From Paraspadella gotoi (taxonomy: Eukaryota; Animalia; Chaetognatha), in assembly GCA_051294375.1 (NCBI GenBank), contig CM119263.1:6611645-6675644 (forward strand): a stretch of DNA of 64,000 bases, read 5' to 3'. Shown here in pieces: positions 40,403 to 53,899 of the stretch (the stretch's first letter is position 1; each line of letters starts with the position of its first letter). The notes beneath the pieces are model-generated. The model was not told the DNA's origin. It saw only the letters and a program-made list of their open reading frames with translations, and made no database searches. The translations under genes were made by a program, and so were the position numbers.

Positions 40403-40624
40403 CCACCATTATAAAACATTGTTAGTTTTATTCAGGACTGATGGGATTTCGACGATTCGGCGATTTGGGCGGAGGCGACGAGCGAACCTCCAAGGAAGAG
40501 CAAGCCCTCACCTCTCTAGTCATCACCGCCTTCGTCGCCCTCGCTCTCCATCTCGGATGATCGTCTACTTCTGGCTTAAGATTAATGTCGCCTCTGTGGG
40601 GGAGGAATGTGCAACTTAACGGTT

Positions 40625-40626
<2 letters not shown>

Positions 40627-40669
<43 letters not shown>

Positions 40670-40700
40670 GAGAGAGAGAGAGAGAGAAGAGAGTGGGGGG

Positions 40701-40765
<65 letters not shown>

Positions 40766-40815
40766 AAAGAGAGGGGAAAAGACTGAGGAAAGGAAAGAAA
40801 TAGAGATATAAAAAA

Positions 40816-40852
<37 letters not shown>

Positions 40853-40853
40853 A

Positions 40854-40889
<36 letters not shown>

Positions 40890-40905
40890 AAAGAAGAAAG
40901 AAAGA
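40627..40905. repeat. (GA)n and (GAAA)n microsatellites
   Basis: Visible. Confidence 0.95.
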
Positions 40906-41376
40906 ACTCCTCCTCCTCCTCCGATGAAGAAGCAGCAATTTAAAAAAACAAAAGGTAATCGTAATCAATGAATTAATTGAATTAATTGAATTGAATAGAG
41001 CAGACGACGAGAGAAACGAATTCATTCGGAATCACAAGGAGAAGACGAAATCCCGTCGGCATTTCCTCTGCCTCGATCCGGCAAGTCCTACGCCGATGTC
41101 TACGCGGCGGAAAGGAATCGCAAAGCAATACGTCAATCGGATGAACAGGGTATGTTGAACAGTTGAAGAATATATTAAATCAATAAGATCAATCAATCAA
41201 TGAATTTATTATATATCGATTACTAATTAATCTAAAAAAAACAACCAATCAATCAAATCATTATCCAATCAAATGATAAATTGGGTAATCAATTAATCAA
41301 GTTGATTTAATGAAATAACTATCATCCATCAATCTATAAATCAATTAAATGAATAGAACAAATCAAGGAAATATAA

Positions 41377-41460
41377 TCAATCAATCAATTAATCAATCAA
41401 TCAATCAGTCAATCAATCAATCAATCAATCACCAATCAACCAATCAATCAATCAATCAAA
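41377..41460. repeat. (ATCA)n microsatellite
   Basis: Visible. Confidence 0.9.
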
Positions 41461-41819
41461 AAACAAATCGGATCCTCCTCCAGCGACGGACTTCTCCGTC
41501 TCGATCGACGACGACGGACTCCAAGTTGGATGCTCTTCTCCGATGCGGTCGATCTTCGAGCGACCTCTTCGAACATCTCCGCGTCGACGGTCCGGCCTAA
41601 ACTCTGCGCGGATCCCCTCCTCTTTTCACGGTCGATCCAACTGGCGGCGTCATTCCCGAATCTCCAATCGTCGTCTTTTCGCTAAAAGCGGGGTCGGCAA
41701 CGCGGATTCGAACTTGGCGCCGTCAAGTCTGACAACGGCGCCGGAAATGCCGGTGAGGACAGGAGAAGAAAGAAAAAAAGAAAAGAAAAAAATCTTAAAA
41801 GCATAAAGATCGAGCCGCT

Positions 41820-42050
41820 TTCGATAGTAACCAAATATGATGCGATGATAACCAAATATTGATCGATAATAACCAAATATTGACGCGATGAAACCAATAA
41901 TTGATGCGATGATAACAAAATGACTGATGGATGATAATCAAATGATTGATGCGATGATAGTCATTCATTGATATGATGATAATCATTCATTGATACGATG
42001 ATAGTCATTCATTGATGCGATGATGTGATTCATTGACGCGCTGAATCATT
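41820..42050. repeat. Degenerate ~20-nt tandem repeat
   Basis: Repeated gataaccaaatattgat / gatgatagtcattcattgat units. Confidence 0.7.
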
Positions 42051-42089
42051 CATCGTAAATAAAAACAAACAAATGCGTGTATATGAGTG

Positions 42090-42091
42090 AA

Positions 42092-42163
<72 letters not shown>

Positions 42164-42336
42164 GCTGGACAGTTTTCCCGCCAACGAAACGCGCATTATT
42201 AGGTCTCTCTCGTTTATATAAAGAATAATCAGAATTTTTAGAAAAAAAATCCACGAAAATCTCGGATGTAAATTTTGTGATTTTGTATTGAGAAAAAAGC
42301 GCGGAATAAATGGCGATAATAAAAGTTTTTAGAAGG

Positions 42337-42369
<33 letters not shown>

Positions 42370-42370
42370 G

Positions 42371-42408
<38 letters not shown>

Positions 42409-42751
42409 AGGGAGGGAGAGTGAGAAAGAGAGAGAAGAGAGTTTTTCCCACCAACGAGACGCATTATTAGGTCACTTTCGTTTATATCGGTTATCCGTTG
42501 CCTCGCAACGGCGTCGTGAAATTGGGTCTATGTTGATTTTTTTTTATACACGTAACGCGTTATTAGGTCATGTTCCTCAACATTGTTACTTGTTGCTCTC
42601 CGCAACGACCACGAAATCTAGGTTAAGTAAGTTATTGTATTTTGGGATTTTGTATTGAGATAAAATAATAAATGGCGATAATAAAAGTTTTAGAAGGAAA
42701 AAATCCACGAAAATCTCGGAATAAATGGCGATAATAAAAGTTTTTAGAAGG

Positions 42752-42824
<73 letters not shown>

Positions 42825-43430
42825 AGATAGAGAGAAAAAGATTGTTTCTTTTTTAAGGAAGAAACCAGACCGAGGTCAAATTTAATATTTGCATATTTAA
42901 TTAATTTATAAATAGTTATCACAACTCAAATAATTATTATTTAAAAAAAAGTTAAAAATGATTAAATATATACACTAAAAATATTTATAAATTTAATAAT
43001 AGTACAAATTATCAGAATAACAAAAAAAGTAATGTTTAATTTGACTATAATCTCTCTTATCAACTCCTATTTTAGATATAATTTGCCAATAGTGGGCCAA
43101 CGCGTCCAAAGTTGCAATAATAAATAAAAACAATTTTTTTTTTTATAATGTGATGCATGCAATATAATTATTCGGCGAAAGTGCTGCATATATAATGGTC
43201 ACATTAAGCTGATTTATATGTGATAATGCATATCATTATAAGTTATTCTTCATTTTTTTAAAAAAATAAATAAGAGAGAGAGAGAGAGAGAGAGAGAAAG
43301 AAAAAGAAAACCGAATTTCTTTCCAATTATATCTCAGATATAAATTTGGGGATTTTATTGAAAAAAAAAAGCGCGGAATAAATGGCGATAATAAAAGTTT
43401 TGAGAAGGAAAAAAATAATCAGAATTATTC
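42090..43430. repeat. Scrambled local direct repeats interleaved with (GA)n
   Basis: 'aaatggcgataataaaagttttt' at ~42308, 42670, 42723, 43381; 'ccacgaaaatctcgga' at ~42251, 42705; 'gcattattaggtc' at ~42192, 42461. Confidence 0.8.
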
Positions 43431-44149
43431 AAAAAACGAACGATCGTACAGAGTGAGAGAGACAGAAAGACAGAAAGAGAGAGAAAGAGAGACAGAAAGA
43501 GAAAAAGAGAGACAAAGAGACAGAAAGAAAGAGAAAGCTGGAAGCCAGCTGAACAGTCACTGCAGAACCTGAACTCGTTTTTTAAGGGTTCAGAAAAAGC
43601 AGCAACTGACAAATATAGGAAAGAAAATCTATATATAATTTAAAAGAAATAAAAGAAAGGCAAAAATATGTTACAATTGTTTACAATTGGAAAATTTTTC
43701 CAATTTCTTCCAAATCGCAGCTTGTAAAAGATTTAATTTATATTTGTATTAAAAATTAAGATATAGCTTCTCATTAAAAAAATCCTTTGAGTTCCCATTT
43801 TTATTAAAAATTTAAAACAAATTTTTGAATTTCATCTTCAATATTATATACTGCAATATGTAAATTAGATTAAAGCATTTCTATATACTAATTTGGATAT
43901 TATAAGGAGTACTTTAATCTCATTTGCATATTGCAGTAAATCATAATGAAGTGGAAATTCAAACAAAAAATACTTAAATCCAAATGTAATATGAAAATAT
44001 CACAGCTATTTCAAGATGAAAAGCCATATCTAAATTTTTAACTTACTATGATCGCACACTTTTGTAAAATTTATCATAATTCATAATAATTTTTATTTTA
44101 AAAAAAACGGTAAGTCACAGCCAAACCTATAAAAGCGTAGTAGTTTTTA

Positions 44150-44265
44150 TATACAAAAACAGCGTGACGGACGACGACGACGACGACGACTACGTCACAA
44201 AGAAGCAACCCTAAAACATTATAGAGCCTGACGCCGCTTCCGCCGGTCAAGGCTCGATAAAAAAG
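44150..44265 (+). mobile_element. Possible 3' end of a non-autonomous Helitron/Helentron-like (HINE/DINE-type) element
   Basis: (GAC)n microsatellite, then stem-loop gagcctgac..gtcaaggctc (44224-44255), then A-rich tail. Confidence 0.3.
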
Positions 44266-46952
44266 AAAGAAAGAAAGAATGTAAAATGAATTTAAAAAAT
44301 GACAAAAGATAGGTTATTTGATAGTTTTTTAATTTCTAATTTTTAATTTTTAATTATTTACTAATTCCTAAATGAATAAAGAAAATTACCAAAGATAGGT
44401 TAATTGTTTTGTATTTTACTAATTTCATTAGTTAAAAGTTCAATACTATTAATTTTTGAAATCTTAGACCCGTCGCAAGCCGTCCAACATCCATCAGAAG
44501 CGCCGTTACTTTTGACAGTGTCTTCGGCATTAGCGGTCCCAACGGTGTTAGCGACAGGCTCGTTAGCACCAGTAACGGTGGCGCCAACGTTGTTTACGCA
44601 AACTGGTTTTGAGCAATCTATTGATACAAAAATATGTGGCACTATCGTGAAGCGAATCTCTAGAAAGACAACGTCATTCAAAAGTTACCACGCAAAAGAA
44701 TTGAAGAATTAAAGTCATTATATAAAGTCACAAGCATCTTAATTTTCCTAATTTTTTATAAGTCATTCCTTTTTGAGACTGGCTATTTTTGATTTTACTC
44801 AGTGAATCAAATTATTTTTTACTATTCTATATGTATATGCTGTTTTTTTTTCATTATTTCAGTTGAAGTCGAAGCTCCTTTCATGAAATACTTTTTGTTC
44901 GACGGAAAGCGAGTATATGCCAACACTGACATCTACCAACTGACTGTCATAACTAAAGAAGACCAAAAATCAAGATTATGTTTTTGTTATAGTATTTATG
45001 AATATATTTCGAAAAAAAAAATGTTTTATCTACCAATAAGAAAAACCATGATAACCTTAGAATATTAATATTCAAGTTCGGAAAAGTACCAAATACCAGT
45101 TAAAACTAACCGAGTTTAACAACAAGTTTTTTTTTTTTTTAAGTTACAAAAAAGCTGAAATTTAATAAAATAAGATCTGGGTGTATCTTTTACTTTTACA
45201 TACTTAAATCTTTTATTTTTCGTTATAATACAGACATCACATCAGTTTAATTCTATTTGAGGCATTCCATGCTTATTGTACGGTTTTAAATCCTAACGCG
45301 TTAAAAAAATTTATATTTGGAATATAAAGGCTTTAATGTTCAGACTTTTTTCAGTAACCGGAATGGCCGTTCGTCTCCGGTTTGCTCGTTCGGCTCCGAC
45401 GGATTTTTCGAGCCTGTCAGACTCGAAAGCACAGAAAAGTTTTTTTGTACGAGGATTTTTCGAACGCAGTCTGAAGGGGGAGTTCCGGCCGAATCAACAA
45501 GAGCAATGGCGCCTCGTCCTAGACTTTTCCTGCAATTCCCCCTTCATTCGATTCGAGATCTATTCTATGCGGGTGGTGGTTTCAACCATCAGGGAAAAGC
45601 CGAGTAACGATTCAGTCTGTTGATTTAACGTTACTTCTCCTGAAACGACTGGCTCCCTACCAAAGATACGAGGCAACGAGGCAAGTTGGTATGGCAGCTG
45701 TGAGTTAGATTCGAACCCGCGGAGGGAGTCGGGAAAAGAGGAAAGAAAGCAAAAGATGAGGAGGAGGGGAAGGAGGAAGAGGAGGTGGAACTCGAGCAAA
45801 AAGAGGAGGATGAGGAGAGGAGCCTTCGACTAACTATAGTTTAACATGTGAGCCAGCGCTGACGACTGATGGCCGAGACGGCATCGGAGCCACAATTTCC
45901 TCCAAGACGAGGCGACAGTTATTTTTTTAAGTCTCCTTACATCCCTTACTTTCAAACGAAAACCCTCGCAGTTTCCTAGTTTTCCGATAAAAACGTAAAG
46001 TTCCCAAAATGTAAAAATATCCAAGAATTAATCGTAATTTGGGCCGGCCTCGGCTCGAAAAAAAATGAAGTAAAATAAAAGAAAAATCGGGAAGAAATGT
46101 TGCTGAGGAATACAAGTTTTATGTTATGACTTGAATTATGGGTAAGGCTTTGCGCTGCCTCGGTCCGAATTCTCTTCGCAGGCTGGGAACAAAGAAGGAC
46201 AGAATCTAATGCCTCACTCACTTTGCCTACAGGCTATCTTGGGCGCCAGTTCCCAATGCTAATGACCCGAGCCGCTGGCGAGGTGAATAGAGGAGAACGA
46301 GGGAAGAGAGCGGAGACCGAAACTAAGCGAATAGAAATCCTGGACGAGGTGAACGATGACGCGGTTAACGAAAAAAACCTCGAGAGAAGTTCAATAAAAC
46401 TATTTTATTTTTAAAACGTTAAACAAAAGAGAGAAAGAGAGAGAGAGAGAAAGAACGAGGCTGGTTGAATACCTGACCAATGCGCCCATTTTGCAACCGA
46501 GCTTTTTTTCTTCTGTTTTATTTCATAAAGAGAATAAGAAATTAGTATTTAAAATTGCCTTTCGAACGAATTTCATCGCAGGAGGAACTTGGCTCATCTT
46601 CATCCGCTTACGGAAGAAAAAAAATAAAAACTATGCATAAAGTTTCATTCATCGTTCTAAAAAGGAGGGAGAGGCGGGGGTGGCGGAAGGGGGGAAGGGT
46701 GTGTTTGGGGAAGCGCCTTCTGAAGCGAAAGCGACCAATAACGATGAAAAAGTTTTTCAACGTTATCTCCGAGAAAAGGAATCTCCGAAGTCGGGAGAAA
46801 GAGAGGAGAGGAAAGAAGAGAAGAGAAGAGAGAGAAAATTTCCATCTTTTTCTCACTTAGGAGTCTCGCTCGTCACGTGGTTTGACCCAGCGGCATGGCG
46901 GTACACAAAAGTTGGATCTTGCAGTCAAAACTTCCATGTCCCTAGTTTCCCG

Positions 46953-46989
<37 letters not shown>

Positions 46990-49900
46990 CTCTCTCTCTC
47001 CTCTCTGTGCCTGACTTCTCATTTTTTCTCTCCCATCATTGGTCAAGAACGCGGAGACACTTCCAAGTTCTCCGAAAGAAAAAACCCACGAAGGTCACTG
47101 ACTGAGACGAATCGATCAGCTGCTTTTTATTGTGATTGTGAATTATCCCTGATGAAAACCTAAACTGAAAGTGTCGACCTTTGATAATTTGAGGACAAAC
47201 GTCTCGACGCTCTTCAGAAAAGGTCGCATCGATGTTCGCCGAAAAATTCTAAATAGCAATATTAATACGATAATATTTATATTAGGTCCGTTTATAATGG
47301 TTGTACTAAATGGTATTCTCAAGCATTCTTTTTAAACTGTTCTCAAACAATAAACACATCTTAGATTTTTGCTCTAGAATATTCATTTGGTTCTCGTCTA
47401 TGCAGCGTGATGGCTCTTTTAAAGCATTTATTCGCTCATTTACGTGAATAGAGATAAATCAAAGGTAGGTTGCTAAAAAATTCCTCTAAAGAGGTTGATA
47501 TATCTCCACCCTAAAGTAACAGACTTATATCCGATATCGGATGTGGAACCATAATGTAGAAAATGTTTATTGAGAGAAAATCTTCAGCATTTGCAATTTA
47601 GGTATCAATTAAATTTCACAAAACTTTCAGATGTGGCCCTGGAATGACATAAATGGAAGATTGGTCGTCTGAAATGTCCGATCATGTCCCATCCTGTCGA
47701 AGAATGACGCTTTGTTGTTGTTGTTGTTGTTGGGATGAAAAACATGAGAGGATTTTTATCATTCGCCGCCAAAGGCGAAGAGAAGGAAAAACTCGGTGAT
47801 TCGAATTCTTGGTGAAAAACGAGGGAGATTTTTTCGACGTAATCAAATCGATTGAGTTTTGATTAGAAATTCCCGGAAAATGTTGTATTTAACTTATATA
47901 AGACTCTCTGGCTTCATAGAGGAGTTGTCAATAATCTAATTCTCGTTAAATATGGCAAATGAAGTTCGGGGCGAAATTAAAAAAAGGAAATATGAGAAAG
48001 CTTTATCTTAAAAGTTCTTTTAGAACAGTGTTGGTATATTCGTGCATGTATGTTGCGGTATATTTATGAAAAGTGTCGCAGACATCAAATTTTCTTTTAT
48101 AAATGGTTTATTTTGTTTGCAGCGTTAGATTTTTTTCATTCCTTAACCTCAGGCTAAACACGTTTTTTTTTTTCTCTAATCAACCATTTTGCAATGCCCA
48201 CTACTCAATGAGATAACTTGACTCTTTTGGTCTTTATTATTGAAATATATTTGTACCGAAGTTACTTCGGGGAAATTTAAACGGGAAAAATTCTTCTCCT
48301 CTAAAAATACCTTCTCCTCGCCAGCATTTTTCTTATCTCTTTTTGTTACAAGCCCCCTTTTTAGCAGCCCGAGTTAGTTGCTGGCGGGAGGGCGCCTATC
48401 AAAGGCGTTGAATTTTGGACGAGGCAACGTGGCTGTTATTTTACACCTTTGTCAAACGAGAGGAGAAGAGAGAAAAAATATCGTGCCTCGTGCCGGAAAC
48501 CAACGGACTCATCAATGTTGCGTACTTCAACCCTCGCCTTTTCCTTCCCCGTCATGGCAGCTTGGTATAGCATTCAGTTTCAGCTCTCAAACCCGTGATC
48601 CCTCCTCGGTGTATTGAACCAGTTGGAAAAGGAGCGAGGCGAGTTTTTGCTTCGCTCCACAACGAGGATATCTCGAAAGGCGGCCAAAGTAGTTAGAGAG
48701 CCCTTAGAATCTTGCAAAGGGCTCCTCGTGTTGGAGACTATCGGGGCGAACGGTTTAAAGGCTTTGAAACAGAGTTGCGTAGCCGCCGTTCATCTCCGGA
48801 ACGAGGATTTGGCGATTCCCAGCAAAAGTAGTTGAGGCACCATCAACCGCTTTTTCTGTGGTGCCTCGTCGAAATTCTATCGGTTTCGTTTTTCTCAGTC
48901 GAAGGCCTCGGCTCCTCGTCTCCTTGGATATGTCTCATCAGTACGGTGGAAAGAAGAGTTAGAATCTAGAAACGGAATAACAGTGAAGGCTCTAGAAGGC
49001 TAGCCTCGAATAAGGGAGACCTAAATTCTGAGGCTTCCTATAGGCCGAGAGAGGCGAGAGATGCAATTCCCGTTTTTAGTTTTCCCGAACAGCGTCGCAA
49101 AAGATTTTCCAACGGTATCGTACTATGCCAACGTAATTATTAAATTGGGCCGACGCATAAATGCATTGGCGTCTCGTCGGGACCAGAAAGACTTTGGCTA
49201 ATGAAGGGAATACGAATGAATGAAGATCGATAGCGCGAAAAGTTTTAAAATATTTTCCTGCTTTTCATGAAATAATGACGGAACGAGAAAAATTCCTCAT
49301 TTCTTTTCCGTACGATATTAAAAGTAGGGTTATATTTATTTCAGTGCTGATTTCCGTGCAGCGTATTTGTAAATTTAACAATCATTGATTGATTAGCAAC
49401 AAACTCATTAGCTTTACGTTAGCACTAAATACGTACTTAGTGAAAATTCTTTGATAACGAGGTTGCGCGAGTTGGCAATAACCCGAATGCAGCAGAATGT
49501 AATTTCCTGAAAAGCGCTATCGTCGTTTTCCACGGCTAAGTGTGACAACAATGCAACCTAGCCAACTTTCACGACAGATAAGGAACTCGGTTATTCCGGC
49601 GCTCAAACCTAGTTCAAGGTGGGATTTCCATTTTCTTCTTCCATCCCTCCATCATGAATGAGGATTTTGTTTCCACGCCCTTAGTCTTCTTGTTGTTACC
49701 ACGTGACCGCTGACTGGAGCGACGACGATGATGAGGGGGCTTAGGGCGGGATCGAGGGCGGTAAGGCGAAACTTAGAAAAAAAAATACAATTTTGTTTTG
49801 AAATTCGTTTTAATTAAAAAAAAAAAGAAGAAATTGAGAGCTTTATTAGCTTTATGCTCTCTTTCGGAACCCATCATCCATCGGTCGATGTTTACCTCGG

Positions 49901-50719
49901 GACCTTGACACGAATATAAGTTACCCTCGGATTTCTCCTGATATTTTTTTGTCTTTTTTTGTTTCGTAAGTTCGAGCCCCCGCGAGGCATCGATCATTGA
50001 TAGTGAACCTCGATAAGATCGTTGCTAATTCCGGCCCTAATTCATGAACGTAATTCTTGTTTTTAAGAAACATCAGCTGTTACTTTTTTGCGGCAAATTG
50101 GCGGGCTTTTGTCACGATCCGGCCTCGGAGGATCGTTTTTTAATTCAAGGTCGGGTGGCGGAATCCCTGGAACTTTAATCGGAGATCGGATCCAATCGAA
50201 TTATCAGAGAGTCCTGGAAGTTGGACTTTGGCTGGCAAAAACGGAAAGATGAACCGATTGTTCAATGCGCATCCAAACGTCGCGACGACCCGTTTCCCTT
50301 TTTCAATTCGGTTAATCGAGGGACAAAAGTCATTTACATGCTTAAAAATATTACCGACAAGTCGTCGGACAAGACGAAAGATCTTTGCCTGACTCACACT
50401 ATTTGGACTGAGTAATCTACTTCTAAAAAAAACTAAGGTAAATTTATCAAGAGTTATGACAGTTTCGTTATTTTCATGTACTGCATTGCCTCATAAAACG
50501 CGGAAATAGCTAAAAAAATTTTATAATTCTGCAAATGGATTTTAAAATATATAAAATATATTCTAATTTAAAGCGTTCATCAAACACTATTTCAAATGAA
50601 ACAGGCTAAGTTTAAAATAAAAAGGGGTGTTAAAAAACATATCCCCTCTTTTTTCTCATTTCTTTCTTTTCGCTCTCTCTCTCTCTCCCTCTTTCTCGTG
50701 GTTCTTGGCTCGGCATGGC

Positions 50720-51422
<703 letters not shown>

Positions 51423-53899
51423 GTGAGTTTTCCATTTTTTCTCATTGAATTGACGCTGAATTCCCTTACGGATCATGATGATACTTTTAGTTGTATTTAG
51501 GTAGTAATAACAATTTCTCATGTACTGATAAAAGGTAAAATGTAAAGCCAGATCTCGTTGCAAGTATGCGGTTGTAACGTCTTTTTTTTTTTCTTTGCCA
51601 ACTGAAGAATAATTTTCGCTTCGTTCTCTTATTTCTACTGATTTTTATATTAATAATTTTCATAACTTAATCGACTGCTTTTTTATCAACAAGATATGTA
51701 GTTGAACAGTGTTTCGTTGTATTTTTATCGGAAGTGGTGATGGCTTCAGTCTTTTGTTAGAAAAGTTGAAACCCTTTAAATCTTTTAACTTTGGTTTTCT
51801 TATGTGAATATTTTCCTTTCATCTAAATAAAATAAATTAAGTTGTTAGTTGCTTTGTAAAAAAATTTAGGATTTTGTCAGGAAGTTATCCATTCAGATTT
51901 TAAAAAATCCAAATTACTTCGGAAAAAACGGTGGAAATGGATATTATAAATGGTTTCGGGATCAAAGTAAAATATTATTCGTTTTAGTTATGGAATAATA
52001 TCATAATAATAAATGCTAAAGATAACCCTCTATCTATGGATTTAAATTTTCTAATCTATTGTTGAACCCTACTCAATTTTCATATTTAAACGTTTATAAA
52101 CCAAAATTTAAAGATTTTTGCAATGAAGAAAGGTTTTTTAACAGAAATTTGTTACATTTGCCGGTATTTAATGTTTTTTTTAGTGGAAATAGAACAGATT
52201 TTAGGTCTCATTGTTTTTTTCATGTTATATGTTAAGAAAGCATAACTTTGTGGCAAAACACCAAATGGGAAAGAGTTTCTAAGACTTTACTTCCATTGAG
52301 CATCCTTAAAATTTTTAATTTTATTTTTCATTGATTTAACCAGTTTTAATGAAAAAATATTAATATGTTGTAGCCATATTATTGATGAAAAAGGAATTAA
52401 AAATAAAATGGGGTAAAATTTTGCATTCGCCGACTAAGATTTTTACTTATGTATAAAAATTTTATTATTAAAAAATGGTAAAAGTTATTACTTAATTATT
52501 CTGAACCGTTTTGATTCTAATTATAATTAATTATAAACCATTCTTAAATCTTTTTTAATACAAACAGTGGAGGCGAATGTAAAATAAAGCCAAAAATAGG
52601 TTTTTTTAGGTAATCGTTCTTACCGAAAATTGAATTGTTCTATCATCATATAAGCTTTACCATCAGAGTTTTACAATAAGATTTTTATTTCAGAATAGTT
52701 TCTCTCATCAGTAAATGTTTATCATTTTTGAGGAATAAATTGGTGAAGGTCAGGACTTTACAAGCAAGTTTATGCCCGTTGAAAGTTACTATTAGACGAC
52801 CCAGTTTAAAGCAATAAATTTTTTTGGTAGAATTAAGACGAGATACAAGATTGATTTAAGACTGAAGAAATTCTATGCCGGGTCTTTGAACATTGTTGTG
52901 GTTGTGACGTCATCCTAACGTCACTTTCGTGGTGCGCTTGGCCGGCGATGAGTTTCCTGCAAGAATGGGACCAATAGAAGTAAAAATGGAGGCCAAACAT
53001 AAAGTTGCCGCGCACCCGGGGATCGTAGGAGGAAGGGGGTATGGGAGCGGGGGCGAAAGATGAAGGAAAAAAAGGGCGCGGACAAAGGAACGATTCTTTC
53101 TTTGTCGATGATTATTAAATGAATAAAATTCGTTTCTGAGAAAATTAAATTATTTTTTAGTAAATTGTTTTTATATCTGGACTCAAATTTTTAACGAATC
53201 ACTGGAACTGTCAACATCTATTTGTATATAACAATAAATAAACTTAAATTTGACGTAATATAAAATTTACTTTATGTACGACGGCTTATGTGACGGAAAT
53301 TGTTATTGTGATCTTTTGCGTTTTTTTTTCACAATCATTAACGTTTTTACTCTTTTTTGAAATTAATTTAATATCTAAGAGTATGTGTGACAATTGAAAG
53401 AAATTGTAGTTTTTAGAGCTCTTATAATAATAATCTGTCATTATAATCACTTACAATATTTATGATAACCAGAGCTTTATAACTTGGCGACATCGGTCCT
53501 AAAGCTATGTAACCTCAACATGGGTTGACGGCAGGGGAAGGAGGCCGGCGGGAGAGAAAGGGCTTTTCCGGGGCCGGCCAAGCGAAGATAGAAAATTTAG
53601 CCGGCCCAACTCAATCGTGTTTCTCCTCAATGAGGAGTTTGGGATAAGGGGAAGAGGATGAGGTGGGAAACTGACTTAAACTGGGTTTGATCAGCTGATT
53701 TCCTTTCTTTCATTGTCCTAAGCCAAGTTTATATAAGACTCATTACGACCCACTAGTGACTGTAAAAAAATCCCCGTCTTTCAACTTCGTATACACCATT
53801 TTAATGTTATAAATATTACTGGTTTTTAGGATTGCAAACTGACAACCGAGTGGAATTTGAAGTAAATTATGACGCAAACGTCCAGCTTTTGACTTAGAT

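Noticed and set aside
44404-44712. 102-aa ORF with acceptor-like site at ~44468
   Set aside because: Isolated, with no recognisable motif and no compatible partner exons found.
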